From: Eledone cirrhosa
Lineage: Eukaryota
DNA: 64,000 bases
Assembly (NCBI GenBank): GCA_964016885.1
Contig: OZ024763.1
Span: forward strand, 7,812,001-7,876,000
Reading direction: 5' to 3'
The notes below the pieces were generated by a model. It did no database searches. It was given only the letters and a program-made list of their open reading frames with translations, and had not been told where the DNA came from. Positions within the stretch are counted from its first letter, which is position 1; each line of letters opens with the position of its first letter. Positions 24,283 to 39,605 of the stretch are shown one piece after another. Both the position numbers and the translations under genes were made by a program.

Positions 24283-24589
24283 GGTATATGTATATATATA
24301 TATATATATGCATACATATATATGATGATGGTGATTAACCGATAACATAAAAAACCACAGTGACAATAAATATATGTATAACGTGTGGCATACATGTGGC
24401 TGTGTAGTTATGTGTGTATGTATGTGTGTGATCCATGTAATCTGTATGATCTGTGAATGTATTTCATGTATGTGTGTGTATATGCGTATTTATATATATA
24501 TATATATGTGTGTGTGTGTATACGTATATATATATGTAAATATATATATTTATATATGTGTGTTTGTGTGTGTATACATATATATGTAA

Positions 24590-24623
<34 letters not shown>

Positions 24624-24688
24624 ATACATATATATATATATGTAAATATATATATATATATATGCATATGTATATATATACACATACA

Positions 24689-24779
<91 letters not shown>

Positions 24780-24797
24780 GCATATGTATATATATAT

Positions 24798-24856
<59 letters not shown>

Positions 24857-24999
24857 TATGTATATATATATATATATACATACATATATATACAAATATA
24901 TATATATGTATATATACATATAGGTTCTCAAATACAATTGTTAACCCTGATTATTTCTACGCTAACCTGCTTAGGCTTTGGAAACAGAGAGAGAGGGGG

Positions 25000-26085
25000 T
25001 GAAAGGTAGAGAGTAGATGGAGAGAGGGAGATAGAAGATAGGGAGGGAGAGGTGAGATGGAGAAGGATGGGAGGGAGATGGAGGGAAAGGAGGAGAGAGG
25101 GGTGAGAAGGGAGAGAGTAGATGGAGAGATAGGAGATAGAGAGAGAGAGAGGTGAGATGGAGAAGCATGGAGGGAGATGGAGGGAAAGGAGGAGAGAGGG
25201 GGTGAGAAGGGAGAGAGTAGATGGAGAGATAGGAGATAGGGAGGGAGAGAGGTGAGATGGAGAAGCATGGGAGGGAGATGGAGGGAAAGGAGGAGAGAGG
25301 GGGTGAGAAGGGAGAGAGTAGATGGAGAGATAGGAGATTGGGAGAGAGAGGTGAGATGGAGAAGCATGGGAGGGAGATGGAGGGAAAGGAGGAGAGAGGG
25401 GGTGAGAAGGGAGAGAGTAGATGGAGAGATAGGAGATAGGGAGAGAGAGAGGTGAGATGGAGAAGCATGGGAGGGAGATGGAGGGAAAGGAGGAGAGAGG
25501 GGGTGAGAAGGGAGAGAGTAGATGGAGAGATAGGAGATAGGGAGAGAGAGAGGTGAGATGGAGAAGCATGGGAGGGAGATGGAGGGAAAGGAGGAGAGAG
25601 GGGGTGAGAAGGGAGAGAGTAGATGGAGAGATAGGAGATAGGGAGAGAGAGAGGTGAGATGGAGAAGCATGGGAGGGAGATGGAGGGAAAGGAGGAGAGA
25701 GGGGGTGAGAAGGGAGAGAGTAGATGGAGAGATAGGAGATAGGGAGAGAGAGAGGTGAGATGGAGAAGCATGGGAGGGAGATGGAGGGAAAGGAGGAGAG
25801 AGGGGGTGAGAAGGGAGAAAGTAGATGGAGAGGTAGGAGATAGGGAGGGAGAGGTGAGATGGAGAAGCATGGGAGGGAGATGGAGGGAAAGGAGGAGAGA
25901 GGGGGTGAGAAGGGAGAGAGTAGATGGAGAGATAGGAGATAGGGAGAGAGAGAGGTGAGATGGAGAAGCATGGGAGGGAGATGGAGGGAAAGGAGGAGAG
26001 AGGGGGTGAGAAGGGAGAAAGTAGATGGAGAGGTAGGAGATAGGGAGGGAGAGGTGAGATGGAGAAACGAGGGAAGGAGATGGAG
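25000..26085. repeat. About 101-bp purine-rich minisatellite
   Basis: gagaggtgagatggagaagcatgggagggagatggagggaaagg... roughly 10 units. Confidence 0.9.
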
Positions 26086-27834
26086 ACAATTAGTGTGAAT
26101 GTTGAAACACAGTATAGTTCTGTATTTTTCAATTTGCTGAGGACATTGTCAGCGAAATTGGATGAGAACTCAAGTTAAAACTGGTTAAATGTCGGCTTTG
26201 GAAGAATCTCTATGAAGGAATGTCTGTGATTTAACTTGAATAGTTTCCATGTGGGAAGACCCTAATGAAGGAATCGTATCAACATTTCTACCATTATATT
26301 TCTACAGATATAGTTTTATGGCTGCTACAACAACAACAATGACAACAACAACAACAGAACTGACAATAATAGCAGCTACAACAACAAAAACAACATCAGT
26401 AGTATTGATAATAACAGAAATGACGACAACAACAATAGCAACAACAACAATTGTGACAATAACAACAGCAACAACAATTGTCACCTCTAATTTTAGGATT
26501 GTGTATTGTTGTCTAAAGTACTGATAGACTACTACTACTACTACTATTACTACTACTACCACTACTACTACCACCACTACCACTACTACTACTACCACCA
26601 CCACTACCACTACTGCTACTTCTACTACTACTACTACAACTACTACTACTACCACCACCACCACTACTACTGCTACTTCTACAACTACTACTACTACTAC
26701 TACCACCACTACCACCACCACTACTACTACTACTACCACTACTACTACTACTGTTGTTGTTTTTGTTAATTAAATATCAATTATACATGAATTGTTTTTG
26801 AAGGATTTATGCTTGTTTCACCACCACCATCACTATCACCATCACTATCACCACCACCACCACCATCATCATCATTGACATCATCACCACCACCACCACC
26901 AGCACCACCATCATCACTATCACCACCACCACCACCATCACCACCATCATCATTGACATCATCACCACCACCACCACCACCACCACCATCAGCATCAGCA
27001 TCATTGACATCATCACTATCACCATCACCACCATCACCACCACCACCATCATCATTGACATCACCACTATCACCATCACCACCATCACCACCACCACCAT
27101 CATCATTGACATCATCACTATCACCATCACCAGCACCATCATCATCATCATCATCATTGACATCATCACTATCACCACCATCACCAACACCACCATCATC
27201 ACTATCACCATCACCATCACCATCATTGTCATCACCACCACCACCTTCATCAAACACACCAACAACACCAACAACTTTGCCAAACACTACCAACCACCAC
27301 CACCCCACCACACCAACCACCAACCCCATCACCACAGACAACACCACACCAACCACCACCACCCCACCACACCAACCACCACCACCACCACCACAACACC
27401 CCACCACCCACCACCACCAACCACCACCCCCACCATCACCACAAACTACCACCATCACCACCACCCCACCACACCAACCACCACCACCACCACCACCCCA
27501 CCACAGACAACACAACACACCACCACACCAACCCCACCCCAATAAATTACAATATTTCTTCATTTACATTTAGATTAGAAAATTGAAGAAGTCTCTTCTG
27601 GGATACTTCATATTTTTTCCTGTTTCACGAGGAATAAAATTAGAGAGAAACCAATCACTGAAGCTGTGTGATATCTCTGATATATTAATTACGGTTAATA
27701 AATACAGAACACTCGACTTCCCACGGGCACAGGTCGAAGTTGAAGTGTATATACAGTATGTATCACCCTACACCATCCCTTACCACCCTCCCATACCTCT
27801 ACCATGAGGACAGGCCGAAGTATACTTCGAGTGA

Positions 27835-28800
27835 AGCACCCAGTCCACACTGTAAAGTGGTCATGTAGGTGTCATGATTAAAAGTACCCAGTCCACACTG
27901 TAAAGTGGTCATGTAGGTGACATGGCAAAAAGCACCCAGTCCACACTGTAAAGTGGTCATGTAGGTGTCATGATTAAAATTACCCAGTCCACACTGTAAA
28001 GTGGTCATGTAGGTGACATGGCAAAAAGCACCCAGTCCACACTGTAAAGTGGTCATGTAGGTGTCATGATTAAAAGTACCCAGTCCACACTGTAAAGTGG
28101 TCATGTAGGTGACATGGCAAAAAGCACCCAGTCCACACTGTAAAGTGGTCATGTAGGTGTCATGATTAAAAGTACCCAGTCCACACTGTAAAGTGGTCAT
28201 GTAGGTGACATGGCAAAAAGCACCCAGTCCACACTGTAAAGTGGTCATGTAGGTGTCATGATTAAAAGTACCCAGTCCACACTGTAAAGTGGTCATGTAG
28301 GTGACATTGCAAAAAGCACCCAGTCCACACTGTAAAGTGGTCATGCAGGTGACATGGCAAAAAGCACCCAGTCCACACTGTAAAGTGGTCATGTAGGTGA
28401 CATGACAAAAAGCACCCAGTCCACACTGTAAAGTGGTCATATAGGTGACATGGCAAAAAGCACCCAGTCCACACTGTAAAGTGGTCATATAGGTGACATG
28501 ACAAAAAGCACCCAGTCCACACTGTAAAGTGGTCGTGTAGGTGATATGACAAAAAGTACCTAGTCCACACTGTAATGTGGTCATGTAGGTGTCACAACAA
28601 AAAACATGCAGCACACACTGTAATGTGGTCATGTAGGTGTCATGACAAAAAGTACCCAGGCCAAACTGTAAATGAGGTTGGCACTAGGAAGGACACCCAG
28701 CTATAGAAACCATGCAAAAATTAGTTCTGTGTGAGCATGACAAGGTTACCTGACCTAACATTGCTCATAACAAGATAACTCGTCTAACCCATGCTAGCAT
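27835..28800 (+). repeat. 48-bp SINE-derived tandem array (about 17 units, alternating A/B in its first half) ending in a SINE tail
   Basis: cagtccacactgtaaagtggtcatgtaggtg period 48; then aatgaggttggcactaggaagg...ctaacccatgctagcat. Confidence 0.88.
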
Positions 28801-29159
28801 TCCAGAGTCAGGCTAGATCAATACAGATCGAACCTTGAGCTGATCAGTAGCGAAATGCACGTCACAAACCAATAAACGTAATGGAGGAGTAACCATTCGT
28901 CTGGACACCATGCCTTGTAGCATAGAGTAACGTCCCTTGCCATTCTGAGTTCAAATCCCGCCGAGGTTAACTTTACCTTTCATCCTTACGGGGTTGATAA
29001 AATAAAGTACCAGTAATGCACTGGGATAATTGCTGGCCTTGTGTCTAAAGTAGAAACAGTTATGTATATTAAGGGAAATGATTTTAAAAAAAGGGTTTCA
29101 AAAACACACCTGGTCTGTATAGAAAGGGTTTTTATAATGTACGAAATTTATTGTTGAAA

Positions 29160-29197
<38 letters not shown>

Positions 29198-29205
29198 TGT
29201 ATATA

Positions 29206-29239
<34 letters not shown>

Positions 29240-29240
29240 C

Positions 29241-29463
29241 TAAGGCGGGTAAAATTCCCGAGATCCATGAACGAGTTCTCTCCAGCGGTCTCTGTCCCTC
29301 ATTATCGCTGCCATATCCTGCATCTCCAACAGACCAGTGTCTGTCCTTAGGGCATCAACATATGTTAACCTTGGTCTTCCTCTTCTAGTGAGTCCAAAGG
29401 GCTCAAAAGTGACACAGAGGAGACTGAGGTTGGCTGGACATGCTCACCGACATCCAGAGTTGA
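29241..29463. mobile_element. LINE 3' fragment with internal inversion
   Basis: 29241-29404 is the reverse complement and 29408-29463 the direct copy of parts of 34508-34760. Confidence 0.8.
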
Positions 29464-29487
29464 TATATATATATATGCGTGTATATA

Positions 29488-29537
<50 letters not shown>

Positions 29538-29540
29538 ATA

Positions 29541-29580
<40 letters not shown>

Positions 29581-29592
29581 ATATATATATAT

Positions 29593-29627
<35 letters not shown>

Positions 29628-29839
29628 ATATATACATATATATATATACATACATATATATATATACATATGCTATGTATATATATGTATATACATACAT
29701 ACATATATATATATTATATATACGTAGCTAGCGTGTAAAATGGATGTTAAACAATGATGATACACTCACACACACATATATATACATATATACACTCACA
29801 CATAGTTTATAAGTATATATATTCATACAAAATACAAAT

Positions 29840-29874
<35 letters not shown>

Positions 29875-29941
29875 CACACACACACATAGTTTACAAGCAT
29901 ATATATATACACACACATACTTTACAAGCATATATATATAT

Positions 29942-29972
<31 letters not shown>

Positions 29973-29999
29973 CACACACACACACATACATATATATAT

Positions 30000-30030
<31 letters not shown>

Positions 30031-31148
30031 CACACACACACATATATATATATATATACACACACGCATATATATATATACACACACACACACATATATG
30101 TATATATACACACACACACACACATATATATATACACACACACACACACATATATATATATACACACACACACACACATATATATATATACACACACACA
30201 CACACATATATATATACACACACATATATATATATACACACACACACATATATATATATATATACACACACACACTTTACAGGTTGTGTTCTTTACCATA
30301 TTCTCAGAACACAACCATTGCAAACCTAAAACCTAAACTTGTCCCACCACCCACCTGTTCCCTCCACCCCCCACACATTCCCCTCTTCTCCTCACCCCAC
30401 GTCTCCCGTCCCCCACTCACCCTCACCTCTCCCCCTCTACCTATATCAACCAGAGTTTTTTTCTCAATGGTTTTCAATCCTTTCTTCTCCTTTTTTTGTC
30501 TTCTTCTTCTCCTTCTTTTGTCTTCTTCTTCTTCTTCTTCTTTTGTCTTCTTCTTCTTCTTCTTCTTCTTTTGTCTTCTTCTTCTCCTTCTTTTGTCTTC
30601 TTCTTCTTCTCCTTCTTTTGTCTTCTTCTTCTTCTTCTTTTGTCTTCTTCTTTTGTCTTCTCTTCTCCTTCTATTCTGTTCTTCTTCTTCATCCCCACCA
30701 CCACCCCCACCCACCCCCACCCCCACCACCCCCACACCCACCCACCCCCACCCCACCACCACCACCACCACTACCACCCCACCACCACCACCAACACCAC
30801 CACCACCACCACCACCACCACTACCACCCCACCCCCACCACCACCACCACCATATCTACAATGAGATATTCTATGATAAAAATATAGTTCTTAAAACTAC
30901 ACAATACCTCAATAATCCTCTCCTGGAATTACAGTTTTTATTGATGTTGTTGTTGGTGTTGTTGTCGGTGGTGGTGGTGGTGGTGGAGGTAGTAGTAGTA
31001 GTGTTGTTGGTGGTGGTGGTGGTGGTGTTACTGGTGGTGGTGTTGTTACTGGTGGTGGTGGTGGTGGTGGTGGTGTTGGTGTTGTTGGTGGTGGCGGTGG
31101 TGTTGGTGGTGGCGGTGGTGTTGTCGGTGGTGTTACTGGTGGTGGTGC

Positions 31149-31179
<31 letters not shown>

Positions 31180-32773
31180 GGTGGTGGTGGTGGTGGTGTT
31201 GGTGGTGGTGGTGGTGGTGGTGGTGTTGTTGTTGTTGTTGTTGTTGGTGGTGGTGGTGTTGTTGGTGGTGGTGGTGTTGTTGTTGGTGGTGGTGGTGGTG
31301 ATAGTAGTGGTGGTGTTGTTGGTGGTGGTGGTGGTGTTACTGGTGGTGGTGTTAGTGTTGTTGTCGGTGGTGGTGGTGGTGGTGGTAGTAGTGGTGGTGT
31401 TGTTGTTGGTGGTGGTGGTGGTGTTACTGGTGGTGGTGGTGTTGTTGTTGGTGGTGGTGGCGGTACGGTGGTGTTGTTGATGGTGGTGGTGTTGGTAGTG
31501 GTGATGTTGTTGTTGGTGGTGGTGGTGGTGGTAGTGGTGATGATGACGGGGGTGGTGGTGGTGTTGTTGATGTTGTTGGTATTGTTATTGTTAGTGTTGA
31601 TGATGATTAAGATGTTACTACTGTTGTTGTTGTTGTTGTTGTTGTAGTCTTTTTATATTTGTTTGTTTTTTGCTTTGGTTCCTTCTTCTTTAAATCCGAG
31701 TTGATAGCATTATATTAGATTGTCATTGAGTTAACCTACACATATATACACACATATATACACACATATATACACACAGATATACACACATATATACACA
31801 CATATATACACACATATATACACACATATATACACACATATATATATACTCTCACATATTAGAAGTTTGGTGAATTCAGATTTATCCTATACTCTCACAT
31901 ATATATATACACACACAGATATATACACATATATATACACACACAGATATATACACACATATATATATATATATACACACACACAGATATACACACATAT
32001 ATACACACACAGATATATACACACACATATATATACACACACAGATATATACACACATATATATATATACACACACACACAGATATACACACATATATAT
32101 ACACACACAGATATATACACACATATATATATACACACACACACAGATATACACACACATATATACACACACAGATATATACACACACATATATATACAC
32201 ACACACAGATATACACACAGATATATACACATATATATACACACACAGATATATACACACATATATATATATATACACACACAGATATACAGACATATAT
32301 ATACATACACAGATATACACACATATACACACACAGATATATACACACATATATATACACACACATATATACACACACAGATATATACACATATATACAC
32401 ACACAGATATACACACATATATATACACACACAGATATATACACACATATATACACACACACAGATATACACACATATATACACACACACACAGATATAC
32501 ACACATATATATACACACACAGATATATACACATATCTATAGAGAGATGAGTTAATCTTCCTAAGATACCCTGATTATTTCGTTATAGTTCAAAACCAGA
32601 TCTGTTTCGTGACCAATAACATGTAATGAGCAATATTGACATTTTTTCTGTACCATAGTCACTTCTAGATCTCTCTCTCTCTATATATATATATATGTCT
32701 CTCTATCTCTCTCTCTCTATATATATATGTCTCTCTATCTCTCTCTCTCTATATATATATATATGTCTCTCTA

Positions 32774-32808
<35 letters not shown>

Positions 32809-32849
32809 GTCTCTCTATCTATCTCTCTCTATATATATATATATGTCTA

Positions 32850-32880
<31 letters not shown>

Positions 32881-32889
32881 GTCTCTCTA

Positions 32890-32926
<37 letters not shown>

Positions 32927-33007
32927 GTCTCTCTATCTCTCTCTCTCTATATATATATATGTCTCTCTATCTCTCTCTCTCTCTATATATATATATATGT
33001 CTCTCTA

Positions 33008-33038
<31 letters not shown>

Positions 33039-33047
33039 GTCTCTCTA

Positions 33048-33080
<33 letters not shown>

Positions 33081-33123
33081 GTCTCTCTATCTCTCTCTCT
33101 CTCTATATATATATGTCTCTCTA

Positions 33124-33156
<33 letters not shown>

Positions 33157-33165
33157 GTCTCTCTA

Positions 33166-33196
<31 letters not shown>

Positions 33197-33205
33197 GTCT
33201 CTCTA

Positions 33206-33236
<31 letters not shown>

Positions 33237-33245
33237 GTCTCTCTA

Positions 33246-33284
<39 letters not shown>

Positions 33285-33367
33285 GTCTCTCTATCTCTCT
33301 CTCTCTATATATATATATATATGTCTCTCTATCTCTCTCTCTATATATATATATATATGTCTCTCTA

Positions 33368-33398
<31 letters not shown>

Positions 33399-33527
33399 CT
33401 CACTCTCTCTATCTCTTACTCTCTCTATCTCTCTCTCTTTGTATATATATATATCTCTCTCTCTATATATATATATATAGAGATATGTATATCTCTCTCT
33501 GTCTCTCGCTTTCCCTGACTTTCTCTT

Positions 33528-33631
<104 letters not shown>

Positions 33632-33674
33632 ACTCTCGACCTCTCTCTCTCTGTCTCAGTCTCTCTCTCTGTCT

Positions 33675-33746
<72 letters not shown>

Positions 33747-34174
33747 CGTAACACAACAACAACAACATCTATTACAACAACAACCTTAAGAACTACAACA
33801 ACAACAGTCTGTTCTATCTCTGTGTATTATTACTGGTACAACAACAACAACAATAACACCATCACCACCACCACCACCACCAGCAGCAGCAGCAGCAGCA
33901 GAGCTTCTACCTGTTTCACAGGTATAAAACAAATGAGATTGTGTTGGTATGGACATCTGATGCATATGAACGATGACAACTGCATAAAAAGGTGCAGAGT
34001 GCTCAAAGTGTATGGAAGCCAGGGAGTGGGGAGACCCAGGAAGACCTGGGATGAGGTGATAGAAGCTCATCGTGCCCAATTACACCTCTCAAAGACGATG
34101 ACACAGGACCGATACAGCTTGGCACCAGTGGCGTCACAATATACTCTCTATACATGTACTCTATATATACATTA

Positions 34175-34341
34175 TCATCATCATCATCATCATCATTTTA
34201 CGTCCGCTTTTCCCTGCTTGCAAGGGTGGGACGGGTCTTATTCAGCACAGCATCTCTCCACTCGTCACGGTCCCTCGTCATCTCCACCGTGAGCTTCAAT
34301 GATCTGAGGTCTGTTCTCACCACCTCCGCCCATGTTTTTCG
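34175..34341 (-). mobile_element. RTE-clade LINE extreme 3' end
   Basis: RKTWAEVVRTDLRSLKLTVEMTRDRDEWRDAVLNKTRPTLASREKRT* then (atg)n. Confidence 0.75.
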
Positions 34342-34437
34342 TATATATATATATACACATGCTGTATACATAATATATACACTCTATATACACTATATGG
34401 CCGATAGAGCTTGGCACCAGTGATGTCACAACATACA

Positions 34438-34507
<70 letters not shown>

Positions 34508-34509
<2 letters not shown>

Positions 34510-34768
34510 GCTCAGTGACACAGAGGAGACTGAGGTTGGCTGGACATGCTCACCGACATCCAGAGTTGACATTGCACTCAGTGCTCCTTTGGGAGCCCCT
34601 ACATGGACACACTAGAAGAGGAAGACCAAGGTTAACGTATGTTGATGCCCTAAGGACAGACACTGGTCTGTTGGAGACGCAGGACATGGCAGCGATAATG
34701 AGGGACAGAGACCGCTGGAGAGAACTCGTCCATGGATCTCGGGAATTTTACCCGTCCTAGAATAGAAT
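34508..34768 (+). mobile_element. LINE (RTE-group-like) 3' fragment in (TA)n; further copy at 44920-45045
   Basis: [15 protein letters not shown]...LLWEP.HG...RGRP..TY.D.L..DTG...M.DR..W. Confidence 0.75.
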
Positions 34769-34884
34769 ATATATGGGATAACAAATTATCGTTATAGGTA
34801 ATCCAGTTAGAGGTTGTGAATACTTCGTATTGGGAATAGTTTTAGCGTACGGCGTTGTGTATATATATATATATATATATAAAT

Positions 34885-35838
34885 GTATATACATTATGTA
34901 TATGTATATACATTATATAAATATATATACATTATGTAAATGTATATACATTATATAAATGTATATACATTATGTAAATGTATATACATTATATAAATGT
35001 ATATACACTATGTAAATGTATATACATTATATAAATGTATATACACTATGTAAATGTATATACATTATATAAATGTATATACATTATGTAAATGTATATC
35101 CATTATATAAATGTATATACATTATGTAAATGTATATACATTATATAAATGTATATACATTATGTAAATGTATATACATTATATAAATGTATATACACTA
35201 TGTAAATGTATATACATTATATAAATGTATATACACTATGTAAATGTATATACATTATATAAATGTATATACATTATGTAAATGTATATACATTATATAA
35301 ATGTATATACACTATGTAAATGTATATACATTATATAAATGTATATACACTATGTAAATGTATATACATTATATAAATGTATATACACTATGTAAATGTA
35401 TATACATTATATAAATGTATATACATTATGTAAATGTATATACATTATATAAATGTATATACATTATATAAATGTATATACACTATGTAAATGTATATAC
35501 ATTATATAAATGTATATACATTATGTAAATGTATATACATTATGTAAATGTATATACATTATATAAATGTATATACATTATGTAAATGTATATACATTAT
35601 ATAAATGCATATACATTATGTAAATGTATATACATTATATAAATGTATATACATTATGTAAATGTATATACATTATATAAATGTATATACATTATGTAAA
35701 TGTATATACATTATATAAATGTATATACATTATGTAAATGTATATACATTATATAAATGTATATACATTATGTAAATGTATATACATTATATAAATGTAT
35801 ATACATTATGTAAATGTATATACATTATATAAATGTAT
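34885..35838. repeat. 20-bp (40-bp dimer) AT-rich self-complementary minisatellite
   Basis: (aaatgtatatacattatat / aaatgtatatacactatgt)n containing the palindrome aatgtatatacatt. Confidence 0.9.
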
Positions 35839-36234
35839 ATATATAATGTCATATACATTATATATACACTCTATATACACTATATGTTGTCCAAAGGAAA
35901 GGGAATGACCAATACAGCTTGGCGCCAGTGTTGTCAAAACATATATATATATTATACACACCATCATCATCATCCTCGTTTAACGTCCACTTTCCACGCT
36001 AGCATGGGTATACATTATATATATAGTATGTACAGTATATATATATATATTATACATATATACTATATATACATTATATATATACTATGTACAGTATATG
36101 TATATATATATTATACATATATATATATATATATATATACATTATATATATACTATGTACAGTATATAAATATATATATATATATTATACATATATATAT
36201 ATATATATATCCATTATATATATACTATGTACAG

Positions 36235-36265
<31 letters not shown>

Positions 36266-38399
36266 TACATATATACTATATATATACATTATATATATAG
36301 TATGTACAGTATATATATATATATATATATTATACATATATACTATATATACATTATATATATACTATGTACAGTGTATGTATATATATATTATACATAT
36401 ATATATATATATATCCATTATATATATACTATGTACAGTATATAAATATATATATATATATATTATACATATATACTATATATACATTATATATATAGTA
36501 TGTACAGTATATATATATTATACATATATACTATATATACATTATATATATAGTATGCACAGTATATATTACACACTAATAACACAGCACAAAACACACC
36601 AGATAAAACATATACTACAAACACACCACAAAATACCACACAACACAGAACACCAGACAACACAAACCACCACACACCACAACACACACCACACAACACA
36701 CCATACAACACACCCCACAACACACACCACACAACACACCCCACACAACACCCACCCCACAACACACACCACACCCCACACACCACACAACACACAACAC
36801 ACAACACACACCCCACAACACCCCCCACACAATACACAACACCCACCACACAAAACACACAACACACACCACACAACAGACACCACACCACACAACACAA
36901 CACCCACCACACCACACCCACCCCACACACCAGACACCACACCACACCCACCCCACAACACACCCCACACAACAGACACCACACCACACAACACAACACC
37001 CACCACACCACACCCACCCCACAACACACCACACCACACCACACAACAGACACCACACCACACCACACAACACAACACAACACCCACCACACCACACCCA
37101 CCCCACCCCATACCCCACACACCACACAACAGACACCACACCACACAACACAACACCCACCACACCACACCCACCCCACAACACACCACACCACACCACA
37201 CAACAGACACCACACCACACCACACAACACAACACAACACCCACCACACCACACCCACCCCACCCCACACCCCACACACCACACAACAGACACCACACCA
37301 CACCACACAACACAACACCCACCACACCACAACACACCCCACACACCACACAACAGACACCACACCACACCACACCACACCACACAACACCCAGCAGACA
37401 AACTCCCACAAAACACAACAAAACTAAGAAAGTGAGAAAAACAATATGGCAGTTAAAATTGAAAAATTTAAAAACTTTTTCTCTCTTTTTTTTATCTCCA
37501 TGTTTAAAGATTTCTCAAGATTTCTCCTGAAATATAATATTCAATACTAATGGAAGAATTCGGCTTTAATACCTTTCTTGTATTGATTTCATCTCCTTTT
37601 AATATTTGATAATATTTGAACAGATAGATGGATGTAGAAATATGTAGAGGTGTGAGTGTGTGAATATAGGTGTGTGTGAGTGTGAGTGTGTGTGTGTGTG
37701 AGGGTGTGAATGTAGGTGTGTAGGTGCGAGTGTGTCTGAGTGTGTGTGTGTGTGTGTGAATGTGTGAATGTAGGTGTGTGAGTGTGTGTGTGTGTAAATG
37801 TAGGTGTGTGTGTGAGTGTGAGTGTGCGAATGTAGGTGTGTGTGTGTGTGTGCGAGTGTGTGTGAGTGTGTGTGTGAGGGTGTGAATGTAGGTGTGTGAG
37901 TGTGTGTGTGTGTGTGTGTAAATGTAGGTGTGTGTGTGAGTGTGAGTGTGTGTGTGTGAGTGTAGGTGTGTATGTGTGTGTGTGAATGTAGGTGTGTGTG
38001 AGTGTGTGAGTGTAGGTGTGTGTGTGTGTGTGTGTGTGTAGGTGTGTGTGTGTGTGTGTGTGTGTATGTGTTTTGTAGGAATGTGTGTATGTCTGTATTA
38101 TGTGTATGTATATGGGTGAGTATATGTACAAATATATATATATACGTCTGACGTTAGAAGGCCAGTATATACAAACATATATACATATATATATATGTTT
38201 GTATATATATATACCTATATACATATATATATATAAATATATATACATATATGTGCACATATACATATACATAATACATATAACACACACACATATACAC
38301 ATACATAGTTCTCTATCCATCTACCCGTCATATATATATACACACACACACACACATATATATAATCGATGATATTGATGATGATATATATATATATAT

Positions 38400-38700
38400 T
38401 TCGTTTCTGAATTTGTTTAGCAAGATTCTTTATCTGAAAACGTGTGTTGAAACCGATATTGTTATACTTTGGGAGGGTCATGTTGCCAATAAGAAACACA
38501 CGCACCAGTTGCTTTCACTTCAATTTATGATAAATTTAAGAATTTATAAATTTCTGGCTGGTTGGTTGGTTCCACAACCGGACGGTTGTTCATATATTGT
38601 CAAAGTTCTTTCGTCACACATTCTGTGACCTCTTCAGTGACTGGGGATTCGTTTCTTTATTTTTGTGCCTCTCCTTTATTCTGTCGTACGCCATCTTGAT
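38400..38700 (-). mobile_element. Solo PLE pseudo-LTR-like module with hammerhead at 38599-38641
   Basis: caagatggcg...gtca-CTGAAGA-g-gtcac(agaatgt)gtgac-GAAA-gaac-TT-tgac; shares atgaccctccc..aa.tataacaa with the PLE terminus. Confidence 0.7.
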
Positions 38701-39259
38701 TTTGAAAAACTGAAAGCAAATTTGTTTGCTTTCAAGAAACCACTGGTAAATGAAATAATTATCTTATGTTGTTTATTATATATATATATATAGGTAAGTT
38801 ATTCCGGGTTGAATCGGAGGTAACCACAGTAAGTAAGGTACTCAATACATACCAGAGTATAAAAGTTTTAATATAGATGATATTCTACACGACGAGAACT
38901 GTTTCATTCTTTAGAAATCATCATATATATATATTTGCATGTATATATATATATTAGCAAATTTATACACGGCAAAACGAAACATGTAAAACAAATAAAC
39001 AGAGGCCATTCCTTCATCAGCCACTCACTGCGGGACAATATAATTTTGTGCATAAAAGTAAGATTGCATAATATTATGTGCAGGTTGTATAACATCCCGG
39101 GAGACTGCTGGAAAGATGTGTACAGGACAATAGTACAGAGTAATGATGATAATATATATTTATATATATATGTGTGTATATATATAGTGCAGTGAAGTGT
39201 GAACAGGAACATATAATGATAAAGTCTTGTGACTGCGAACAGACAAGAGACAGTGCAGG

Positions 39260-39321
<62 letters not shown>

Positions 39322-39334
39322 GCATATATATATA

Positions 39335-39381
<47 letters not shown>

Positions 39382-39414
39382 GCATATATATATATGCATA
39401 TATATGCATATAGA

Positions 39415-39480
<66 letters not shown>

Positions 39481-39560
39481 TATATATATGCATATATATA
39501 TATATGCAAATATATATATATATGCATATATACATATATATGTATATATATGCATATATA

Positions 39561-39604
<44 letters not shown>

Positions 39605-39605
<1 letters not shown>

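Noticed and set aside
26130-26177. CTGAGGA...GAAA hammerhead-like spacing
   Set aside because: No helix II, no proper UH, and a competing gctga/tcagc hairpin; likely chance.
27835-28670. Regular 48-49 bp arrays (also 18125, 46086, 58630) as CRISPR arrays
   Set aside because: No unique spacers, no cas genes, eukaryotic context; they are plain tandem repeats.
38965-39030. CTGATGA on the - strand facing GAAAcatgTA on the + strand
   Set aside because: The halves are on opposite strands and helix I does not match; cannot be supported as one ribozyme.
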